From Faucicola osloensis (lineage in GTDB: Bacteria > Pseudomonadota > Gammaproteobacteria > Pseudomonadales > Moraxellaceae): a stretch of 24,000 nucleotides of DNA. The DNA is taken from NCBI GenBank assembly GCA_020041925.1, contig CP083409.1, one strand, 5' to 3'. The notes beneath the pieces were generated by a model. That model was not told the origin of the DNA, searched no databases, and was given only the letters and a program-made list of their open reading frames with translations. Positions 10,744 through 17,651 of the stretch are shown here, in pieces; within the stretch, counting starts at the first letter, position 1, and every line of letters begins with the position of its first letter. A program made the position numbers and the translations under genes.

Positions 10744-11922
10744 TTAGAATAAACCTTTAAAGAACAGTACGATGTGTTGCCACATACGTTTAAAAATTCC
10801 AGCTTCCTGAACTTGGGCTTCAGCGACCAGTGGCACAGACGCCACAGGTTTGCCATTGAGCATAGCAACCAGCTTACCCACTTCTTGACCCTGCGCTAAC
10901 GGCGCTTTGACATCGGCTGGTAAATTGACCACGGTGCTGATTTTTTCTTGATCCAGCTTTGGTACTAGTACTTGTAAATTGCCTTTGCTGATGACGTTGA
11001 CTTTATCGACAGCACCGAAGTTGACTGGCACGCTGCCGTAGTTTTTTTGTGCCGGGGCGGCAATTTTAGTAGCAAAATTACTAAATCCCCAGTTGAGTAA
11101 GTTACGCGATTGGTCTGCGCGCTCTTGAACGCTTTTAGTACCCATAATCACTGAAATCAGGCGCATATCACCGCGTTTACTCGACGCTACTAGACAGTAA
11201 CCTGCTTCGTCGGTATGCCCTGTTTTTAGACCGTCTACTGTTGGATCGGTGAACAACAGCGCATTGCGGTTGCCTTGGGTGATGCCGTTATAAGTAAATT
11301 GTTTTTGGCTATAGATGGGATAATACTTTTTGCTGTTTTTAATAATGGCTTGGGCGAGTTTCGCCAAATCTTCGGCAGACGCTTGATGACCTTCTTGGGG
11401 CATACCGGTCGCATTCATAAAATGGGTATGGGTCATGCCAATTTTTTTGGCTTCTTCATTCATCAAATCGGCAAACGTGGTTTCGCTGCCACCAATGTGC
11501 TGTGCCATCGCTTTTGATGCATCATTACCCGATTGGATAATAATACCTTTTAACATATCAATCACAGGGGCGGTTGTATTGACAGGCACATACATACAAG
11601 ACTCTTCACTTGAGCCTTTACACCAAGCTTCTGGGGTCATGAGGATGGGTTCGTTTTCTTTTAATGCCCCTGATAGCAGCCGCTGCTCAATGATGTAACT
11701 GGTCATCATTTTGGTCAATGACGCAGGTGGGAATGGCTGAGCGGCATTTTTTTGAGCCAATACCGTGCCTGTATCATAGTCAATTAAGATAAAAGCAGAA
11801 TTGTCTAGTTCAGGCTGTTGTATGGCGGCATTTGCCTGTACAGTTGTGGCAAAAAAACTGGCGGCGACAAAAGTGCCGACCATCAGACGTTGGGTGTATT
11901 GCGGTATTACGATTGCTTTCAT
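10744..11922 (-). CDS. D-alanyl-D-alanine carboxypeptidase, PBP5/6 family (peptidase S11)
   Basis: It has a signal peptide ending VQANA, the SxxK motif (SLTKMMT), SGN (QSGNDAS), KTG (LKTGHTD) and a C-terminal amphipathic anchor. The ATG 11922 start lies behind GAGTGAGTGAG. The ORF track starts at GTG 11931. Confidence 0.92.
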   Translation of the reverse strand: MKAIVIPQYTQRLMVGTFVAASFFATTVQANAAIQQPELDNSAFILIDYDTGTVLAQKNAAQPFPPASLTKMMTSYIIEQRLLSGALKENEPILMTPEAWCKGSSEESCMYVPVNTTAPVIDMLKGIIIQSGNDASKAMAQHIGGSETTFADLMNEEAKKIGMTHTHFMNATGMPQEGHQASAEDLAKLAQAIIKNSKKYYPIYSQKQFTYNGITQGNRNALLFTDPTVDGLKTGHTDEAGYCLVASSKRGDMRLISVIMGTKSVQERADQSRNLLNWGFSNFATKIAAPAQKNYGSVPVNFGAVDKVNVISKGNLQVLVPKLDQEKISTVVNLPADVKAPLAQGQEVGKLVAMLNGKPVASVPLVAEAQVQEAGIFKRMWQHIVLFFKGLF

Positions 11923-12029
11923 CTCACTCACTCTTGGCTCAAATCAAATGCGACCTGTTTGCTTGGACGCTTGGTAAAACGAATTGCCTATATTAGCAAA
12001 AAAAATCATGATTCAACACTGTATTCGGT

Positions 12030-12220
12030 CTAAAAATCAACGATTTATCTTGACTTCCTCCCCTCCCTAAAGTGAGGGGATTCCTTCTACAAGACGGTTA
12101 AGCCCAACCGCAAGAATGTTCTTACTGGCGTTAATATCTCTATCATGCCGTGTGCCACACGTTGCACAAGTCCATTCTCTTATTCGCAAACCTGCTCTAC
12201 CTTTCGGACTACTGGACATA
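12030..12220 (-). ncRNA. Predicted TnpB omegaRNA (reRNA): scaffold overlapping the tnpB 3' end and RE, plus a roughly 20-nt guide from flanking DNA
   Basis: This is inferred from the known TnpB architecture, in which the omegaRNA derives from the tnpB 3' end and RE, with the guide immediately beyond the RE end. The 5' limit is not determinable by eye. The predicted guide is GATAAATCGTTGATTTTTAG (minus strand, 12049..12030). Confidence 0.4.
12060..12079. repeat. Right-end subterminal hairpin of the IS200/IS605 element
   Basis: On the plus strand, CCCCTC-CCTAAAGT-GAGGGG forms a perfect 6-bp stem with an 8-nt loop. The loop differs by 1 nt from the LE hairpin loop. The tnpB stop codon (12067..12069) lies in the loop. 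Confidence 0.7.
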
Positions 12221-13170
12221 TCGCCACAGCACGAGCAAGTTTGGGTAGTGTATTTCTCATTCACGATTTCAAAACGGCAACCTGCGTTCTCGCATTTGTA
12301 GGTCAGTTGTCGCTTGAGTTCAAACCAACCTGCATCGTAAACCGATTTGGCTAGTTTGCCTTTTTTACTGTTAAATTGGGTAGTTCTAACGTCACCTACC
12401 ACGATTAGGGCATTGTCTTTGACTAATTGGGTGGTGAATTTGTGGATTAGGTCTTGCCGTGTATGTTTGATTTTGGCATGGATCGCTTTGACACGCTGTT
12501 TGTTTTTGGCACGTTGGGCGGTGGCTAACGCTTTGGCATATTTGAGCGTTTGCTTGATTTGTAGTTTATCGCCATTTGAGGCGGTGGCACTGTCTTTTAA
12601 GCCTAAATCAATCCCAACGCTACCCATTCCGCAAGTAGTTTTAGGGTATTGTTTGACGGTAATACAGGCATACCAACGGTTACGGCTGTCTTGGACAATT
12701 TCCAGCGTGTTGATTTGATATAGGCTAAGGTTGTAGCTGTCCCATAGATCAATGACTAGCTTTTGCCCTTTGGCTAAAGATAGTTGTAAGGTAGATTTTA
12801 AGCCCTTTTTACCAGTTTGGTGTGTGGCAATGTGCTTAATGGCGGATTGTTTGAATGGTAGCCAACCTAAGTTTTTACGCTTTGATTTTGGGTTGTTGGT
12901 TCGCCATGACAATTTAGCTTTTTTGGATTGCTTACGGCTTTTGGTGTGGGTTTCATTGATGGCTTGAATAGTTTGAGAATGTAAACCAAGTAACTCACCG
13001 CTACCTTTGGTGTATTCGTTTAGGTCATAAGCACTAAAGAATTTGCCAGTTTTTTGTAGGTGTCTGTAACTCAAATCATTGACATAATTCCACACGAAAT
13101 TGACCGAACCGCTTAGGCGGTTTAATTGGTCTGCGTGTTTATCTCGTATGCGTAGCTTGAGTGTCTTCAT
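12067..13170 (-). CDS. tnpB: RNA-guided endonuclease TnpB (IS200/IS605 accessory protein, OrfB)
   Basis: The protein is 367 aa. It has RuvC-I (VGIDLG), a zinc finger (CSCCG...CATCG), RuvC-III (RDINASKNI) and the typical C-terminal GIPSL tail. It is divergent from tnpA. Confidence 0.93.
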   Translation of the reverse strand: MKTLKLRIRDKHADQLNRLSGSVNFVWNYVNDLSYRHLQKTGKFFSAYDLNEYTKGSGELLGLHSQTIQAINETHTKSRKQSKKAKLSWRTNNPKSKRKNLGWLPFKQSAIKHIATHQTGKKGLKSTLQLSLAKGQKLVIDLWDSYNLSLYQINTLEIVQDSRNRWYACITVKQYPKTTCGMGSVGIDLGLKDSATASNGDKLQIKQTLKYAKALATAQRAKNKQRVKAIHAKIKHTRQDLIHKFTTQLVKDNALIVVGDVRTTQFNSKKGKLAKSVYDAGWFELKRQLTYKCENAGCRFEIVNEKYTTQTCSCCGDMSSSPKGRAGLRIREWTCATCGTRHDRDINASKNILAVGLNRLVEGIPSL

Positions 13171-13185
13171 GGGTTCAAGTATAAT
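13157..13185 (+). promoter_or_regulatory. Candidate sigma70 promoter for tnpA in the 48-bp divergent tnpB/tnpA spacer
   Basis: TTGAGT (13157..13162), a 17-nt spacer and TATAAT (13180..13185) lie 33 nt upstream of the tnpA ATG. The -35 element lies inside the first codons of tnpB. Confidence 0.4.
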
Positions 13186-13218
13186 TAGATTTTTATATTC
13201 TATAGTTGGTCTAAATAT

Positions 13219-13629
13219 ATGTCAAACGATTTAAGAATTGGTAGGCACGTTGTTTACAATCTTCATGTGCATTTGGTCTTTGTGGCTAAATACCGCAAAA
13301 AAGTATTCACTAAAGAGATTTTAGACGACATGCAGGTTATCTTTGAGAAAGTTTGTTCAAAGTTTGAGGCGCAACTAGTAGAGTTTGATGGTGAAAGTGA
13401 CCATGTGCATTTACTGGTGGTTTATCCGCCCAAAGTGGCTATTTCTAGTTTGGTGAATAGCTTGAAAGGCGTGTCTAGTCGGTTATTGCGTAAAAAAGAA
13501 TATCCGTCTATTAAAGAGCAGTTATGGGGAGAAGCGTTGTGGTCGCCTAGTTATTTTGCAGGTAGTTGTGGCGGTGCTCCAATTGAAATTATACGCCAGT
13601 ACATTGAACAGCAAAATACACCGCACTAA
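13219..13629 (+). CDS. tnpA: IS200/IS605 family Y1 (HUH) transposase TnpA
   Basis: The protein is 136 aa. It has the HUH motif (LHVHLVFVAKYRK), a second DHVHLLV segment and the catalytic Tyr region (IEIIRQYIEQQ). Confidence 0.95.
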   Translation: MSNDLRIGRHVVYNLHVHLVFVAKYRKKVFTKEILDDMQVIFEKVCSKFEAQLVEFDGESDHVHLLVVYPPKVAISSLVNSLKGVSSRLLRKKEYPSIKEQLWGEALWSPSYFAGSCGGAPIEIIRQYIEQQNTPH

Positions 13630-13660
13630 ATACCATCTGTGTGTAAGCATGATTGCGGAG

Positions 13661-13701
13661 TTGCCTTAATCCACCGCCTGAAGTCGGTGGTTTTACGGCA
13701 A
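13661..13701. repeat. Left-end subterminal hairpin of the IS200/IS605 element
   Basis: The core CCACCG-CCTGAAGT-CGGTGG (13671..13690) is flanked by a second helix, TTGCC (13661..13665) paired with GGCAA (13697..13701). The loop CCTGAAGT compares with CCTAAAGT at the other end. Confidence 0.65.
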
Positions 13702-13709
13702 CAGAGGAT

Positions 13710-13734
13710 AAAACCCCCTAAATCAGTTAGGGGG
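13710..13734 (-). terminator. Rho-independent terminator of the 130-aa gene; the IS left end abuts its T-tract
   Basis: On the minus strand, CCCCCTAA-CTGAT-TTAGGGGG (an 8-bp stem, 13734..13714) is followed by TTTT (13713..13710), then AT. Confidence 0.6.
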
Positions 13735-13761
13735 TGCATAGCGTAGGTTGACTTATAATTA

Positions 13762-14154
13762 TTATTTACTGTTGGCAAGGTCTTTGCACAATTCAAGGTT
13801 CTCCGCTTTTGGATAACTGAGTGTCCATTGGCGGGTTTCATTCAAAATTTGCTTGTAATCTTGCTGAGACGACAAGTACTGCACCGCTAAACGAGGATCA
13901 CTGATGGTCGGCATTAATTTTTTTAGCTCGACATTATAGGCGGTGTTAAACCCTGTCTGTTGCGATTTATTCAGCATGGGTGGACAGATTTCTGACAACA
14001 CTTGTAATACCGCCACTTCTTCTTTGGTGGTCGATAATTCTGACATATCGATTGCGATAGTATCGTTATTTTTATCTTCAGCGATACCACTCACGGTGAC
14101 GCCCATTAACAGCATGCCTATCATAGCTTGACTGATTTTGCCCAGTTTAATCAT
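13762..14154 (-). CDS. Hypothetical small secreted/periplasmic protein (130 aa)
   Basis: The N-terminal signal-like segment reads MIKLGKISQAMIGMLLMGVTVSGIA. The mature part has two Cys residues. The gene has its own terminator. I recognise no family. Confidence 0.5.
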   Translation of the reverse strand: MIKLGKISQAMIGMLLMGVTVSGIAEDKNNDTIAIDMSELSTTKEEVAVLQVLSEICPPMLNKSQQTGFNTAYNVELKKLMPTISDPRLAVQYLSSQQDYKQILNETRQWTLSYPKAENLELCKDLANSK

Positions 14155-14202
14155 ACGGTGTCCTAACGTTATCTAAGTAAAATACAGCCCATATCATACT
14201 AA

Positions 14203-14238
14203 ATAATCAAAAAAAATATAGCGAATAATCACGCTATA
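14203..14238 (-). terminator. Candidate terminator downstream of trmO
   Basis: On the minus strand, ATATAGCG-TGATTATT-CGCTATAT (an 8-bp AT-rich stem, 14238..14215) is followed by T8. Confidence 0.4.
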
Positions 14239-14328
14239 TAGTCAGTATTTTGTGAACAAGTAAAAATTTTTGAAACAGTTTAGCAATATACGGCTAGATA
14301 AAAACTTTCATATCGTCCATGCGACGGC

Positions 14329-15060
14329 TTAGTTTAATAGTTCAATCGCTTGAATTTGCAACATACTCTCTGCTATCTGGCAAAAATGAACATCGACATT
14401 TTGATAACGCATGACAAATGGAGTATTAAGCTCTTGCTGGCGATACGCAGGTCTGGGGTCTTGTGCAATGAGTTGCTCGATGATTTTCCAATCTGTTTGC
14501 CTCAGCTGACTTTTTATTGCAATATTGGATAAATCCTGCAATAAATCGGGATGCCAATGCACCGACTTGATGACGGGTTTCTGCGCGGCATACCCAGCAA
14601 TCGCATCATCAATACTATCGCTATAAGGCAAATACGGTTTGATATCAATGACTGGCGTGCCATCTACCATATCACCGCCGATGATATGCAGCCTCAAACC
14701 CGCCTCAGTGTTTTTAATATGCGAAAATTTGACCACGGATAATCCAATATTTGCCGGTCGATACATACTTCGACTGGCAAAGACCCCTATCTTTTGGTTG
14801 CCACCAAGTCTAGGTGGACGGACTGTTGGCTGAAAATTTGACGGATTGGGATTGATTCGATTTTGATGAAATTGCCATATAATCCAAAGATGACTAAATT
14901 GCGCAATGCCTTCAAAAGCACTGAGCACATTGTAGGGCGGCAACATGCTGATAGTAGCGTTGATATCGACAAGATTGGGCTGGCGAGGTGTGCCAAACTT
15001 TTGTTTAAGCGGAGAGTTCACAATGCCGATAATCGGCAGGGTAATTTGTTGTGGTAACAT
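14329..15060 (-). CDS. trmO: tRNA (N6-threonylcarbamoyladenosine(37)-N6)-methyltransferase TrmO (TsaA/YaeB family)
   Basis: The N-terminal hallmark is IGIVNSPLKQKFGTPRQP. Further matches are FSHLWIIWQFH, GVFASRSMYRPANIGLS and DGTPVIDIKPYLPY. Confidence 0.88.
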   Translation of the reverse strand: MLPQQITLPIIGIVNSPLKQKFGTPRQPNLVDINATISMLPPYNVLSAFEGIAQFSHLWIIWQFHQNRINPNPSNFQPTVRPPRLGGNQKIGVFASRSMYRPANIGLSVVKFSHIKNTEAGLRLHIIGGDMVDGTPVIDIKPYLPYSDSIDDAIAGYAAQKPVIKSVHWHPDLLQDLSNIAIKSQLRQTDWKIIEQLIAQDPRPAYRQQELNTPFVMRYQNVDVHFCQIAESMLQIQAIELLN

Positions 15061-15237
15061 AATGGGTCGTTAAAATATGATATTTTAAACTATGATTATG
15101 CCATTTTTTTACGCCCAAATTCGACTAATTCATCAAAAATTTGCTATCATATCGCCCCAGAATGTCAATATTAACCCGCTATTTTTATTCTTTATCCAGT
15201 TTTAATTTTATTAATGACCAATACAAGGTTGGGCGCT

Positions 15238-16014
15238 ATGTCAAAATTTTATGAAGAAACCGTTACCTATGTGCATCATTGGAATGACACATTATTTACC
15301 TTAAAAACTACCCGTAATGCAGGTTTACGTTTTCGCAATGGTGAATTTGCCATGATTGGTCTGGAAGTCAATGGAAAACCTTTGATGCGTGCCTACTCTA
15401 TTGCCAGCACCAACTATGATGAAGAGCTCGAATTTTATTCTATCAAAGTACAAGATGGTCCTTTGACGTCTATTTTACAGCATATCAAAGTGGGTGATAA
15501 ATTATTGGTGAGCAAAAAACCCACTGGCACCCTGGTGCTTGATGACCTAAACTCTGGCAAGCATTTGTATATGCTAGCAACGGGTACAGGCTTGGCACCA
15601 TTTTTGTCACTTGCCCGTGACCCAGAAGTGTATGAGCGTTTTGAGAAAGTTATCGTAGTGCATGGCGTACGTTATGTGAGTGAGCTAGGCTACCGTGAGA
15701 TGTTTGAAAAAGACTTGTTTGAAGATGAGCTACTGGGTGAATACGTTAAAGATAAACTCATCTATTACCCCACGGTCACGCGTGAGCCGTTCCGCAATGA
15801 AGGGCGTATGACTGATTTAATGAAGTCCGGCAAGTTGTTCCAAGATATTGGATTACCACCCATCAATCCAAGCGATGACCGCGCAATGATTTGCGGTAGC
15901 CCATCTATGAATAAAGATGTGGCGGCACTACTCGATGAATTTGGTCTTAAACCCTCGCCACGCATGGGCGGTACGGGCGATTATGTGGTTGAACGCGCCT
16001 TTGTCGAACAGTAA
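15238..16014 (+). CDS. fpr: Ferredoxin--NADP(+) reductase (Fpr, plant-type FNR subclass)
   Basis: Matches include VHHWNDTLFTLKTTR, RAYSIAS (FAD binding), GTGLAPF (NADP binding) and the C-terminal VVERAFVEQ. The ORF track starts 24 nt earlier at ATG 15214. Confidence 0.93.
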   Translation: MSKFYEETVTYVHHWNDTLFTLKTTRNAGLRFRNGEFAMIGLEVNGKPLMRAYSIASTNYDEELEFYSIKVQDGPLTSILQHIKVGDKLLVSKKPTGTLVLDDLNSGKHLYMLATGTGLAPFLSLARDPEVYERFEKVIVVHGVRYVSELGYREMFEKDLFEDELLGEYVKDKLIYYPTVTREPFRNEGRMTDLMKSGKLFQDIGLPPINPSDDRAMICGSPSMNKDVAALLDEFGLKPSPRMGGTGDYVVERAFVEQ

Positions 16015-16036
16015 AAGTTGAGCAGTAATTTGAATT

Positions 16037-16063
16037 AAAAAAAGAGCCATTTGGCTCTTTTTT
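16037..16063. terminator. Bidirectional rho-independent terminator between the convergent fpr and wzi genes
   Basis: AAAAAAAGAGCC-ATTT-GGCTCTTTTTT has a perfect GAGCC/GGCTC stem extended by A/T tracts on both sides. Confidence 0.7.
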
Positions 16064-16073
16064 ATTAATTACC

Positions 16074-17525
16074 TTAAAACGTATACTCCACCATTAAATT
16101 ACCACCCGCATCTTTATCATCGCTGATGCTGTCTTTTTTACCCCAAATACCCAGTTTAACCGAGGTTTTGTCATTGTATCTATGTTTCCAATCGGCTTCG
16201 ACAATATCTAAGTCCTGCTTGGTTGGAAAGGCAGCATTAATCACTTGATTAGATTGATTGACTTTGGCGTTGGCGTATTTTAACCCGAGCTGGTTGTTAG
16301 CGTTAATATTACCTGACAGCCCCACACTAATAATTTCACCATCGCCACCTATCGGATGACCTAGCGGTAAGCCATTTTGATAATAACCATCTGTAAAGAC
16401 ATAATGATTATACATAACACCACTTTTATCCAAATCATAATAGGTATTCGCCCATTCTGCATGCCAGAGCCAAGGCTGTTGAAACAGTGGAATGGCACCT
16501 TTTAACCCTGCCAAATAAGCGTGTTTACTGGGTAAACCGCCTGCTTCGTCCTCACCGATAAACTCACCATATAGGCTCATTGGTAGGTTTAAGATAGGTT
16601 TTAAGTTTAATTGTGCATCAATACCCGCAATTTGGTTTGAAATATCATTTTCGGCATTATCGGGATTGTCATATTTACCAGTCAAGGCTTTTCCAAATGA
16701 TTTCAGGCTTTCATCTCGCCCATCTCCACCCCACATAATTGTACGAGATGCACCGATTTGAAAGGCTTCATGCGGTTGAAAACTTGCCCGCATACCTATG
16801 AGCTTTGCATCAGGCACTGCCTGATAATCTTGTAATTGACCAGCAGTAATTTGATAATTAAAATTACCGAGTTTTGATAACACAGGAAAATTAATAGGAG
16901 TATTATTGGCGCGCTGCATTAAAAAGCCCGTGACAGGTCTAGCCGCATCACTGCGAATTAAACTGCCATCAACCCCGTTGCCCCACCATACCGGAATACT
17001 ACCAAAGGCAAGGCGATAATTGCCTAATTTGGTACCGAGGTAGCTGCCATCAAGATTAGATGACTTGCTAGGCTCATCATCATCGACATTTAAGCTGCCT
17101 TGAATTTTATAATCAATGTTATCACCTGCATGGCTATGAGAAAAACTAACACCCAAAGGCGTTACCGTATTGCCTTCTGTATTAAATCCACTGAACACAG
17201 CACGCTCGTCACCATTGACATTGCTCACTATTTGTAGCTTGGATACATCGTTGACTTCAAGCTTTTGTTTAACTTGATTCAATAATAGTTTATCATTGTC
17301 TGATTTGGGCTGCGCTTGATTTAAGGCTGTCTCTATGGCTTCTGAACTAATCGGCCATGTTGATATATCAACATTTAGAACGCCGTTGATTTTTAAAATC
17401 TCAAGTGTTTGACGTAGATCACTATCAATTTGAACTAATTGACCTGCATGTGCAGAAAAACTACACAATAGCGCCACACTAATTGCTAAAGGCAGCTTAA
17501 GAAATTTTATATTGTTTAACTGCAT
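16074..17525 (-). CDS. wzi: Capsule assembly outer-membrane protein Wzi
   Basis: It has a signal peptide ending SAHA. The N-terminal helical region resembles Wzi (DLRQTLEILKINGVLNVDISTWPIS). The rest is a long Gly/Tyr/Asn-rich beta-barrel-like sequence ending in YTF. The start is taken at ATG 17525; the ORF track starts at GTG 17531. Confidence 0.82.
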   Translation of the reverse strand: MQLNNIKFLKLPLAISVALLCSFSAHAGQLVQIDSDLRQTLEILKINGVLNVDISTWPISSEAIETALNQAQPKSDNDKLLLNQVKQKLEVNDVSKLQIVSNVNGDERAVFSGFNTEGNTVTPLGVSFSHSHAGDNIDYKIQGSLNVDDDEPSKSSNLDGSYLGTKLGNYRLAFGSIPVWWGNGVDGSLIRSDAARPVTGFLMQRANNTPINFPVLSKLGNFNYQITAGQLQDYQAVPDAKLIGMRASFQPHEAFQIGASRTIMWGGDGRDESLKSFGKALTGKYDNPDNAENDISNQIAGIDAQLNLKPILNLPMSLYGEFIGEDEAGGLPSKHAYLAGLKGAIPLFQQPWLWHAEWANTYYDLDKSGVMYNHYVFTDGYYQNGLPLGHPIGGDGEIISVGLSGNINANNQLGLKYANAKVNQSNQVINAAFPTKQDLDIVEADWKHRYNDKTSVKLGIWGKKDSISDDKDAGGNLMVEYTF

Positions 17526-17651
17526 CACCACTTCCTTTACCTAACGCTGTTTTAACGATATAGCCAAAATATTTTTTGATCGACAAAGTGCTAATCATTT
17601 CTTTGCCCGTTTCAGCTAACAATTTAGGCGTCAATATATCGTTAATATGAA

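Larger units (their letters stand above)
12050..13709 (-). mobile_element. IS200/IS605-family insertion sequence with divergent tnpA and tnpB (IS605-like organisation). The ends are predicted and approximate.
   Basis: The element carries a Y1/HUH tnpA and a tnpB. Related subterminal hairpins lie near both ends on the same strand. The predicted RE end is TCAA, 10 nt past the hairpin on the minus strand. The predicted LE end is 19 nt before the hairpin. Both use IS608 geometry recalled from the literature. Confidence 0.8.

Noticed and set aside
11985-12020. The candidate sigma70 promoter of the carboxypeptidase gene (minus strand, TTGAAT then a 15-nt spacer then TAATAT), considered as a feature call.
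   Set aside because: The spacer is short and alternative -10 hexamers are possible. It is mentioned only as context in a finding and not listed as a supported feature.
13626-13841. A 71-aa minus-strand ORF spanning the IS left end and the terminator.
   Set aside because: It overlaps the end of the 130-aa gene, a terminator hairpin and the IS hairpin. It has no motif, and structured non-coding DNA explains the region better.
17532-17651. An open frame between the GT4 stop and the wzi start (..NDILTPKLLAETGKEMISTLSIKKYFGYIVKTALGKGSGDAVKQYKIS) that might be a remnant of a sugar-transferase C-terminus.
   Set aside because: It has only about 58 codons after a TGA and no convincing start. I could not match the characteristic C-terminal motif of initiating transferases. 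It is too short to call.
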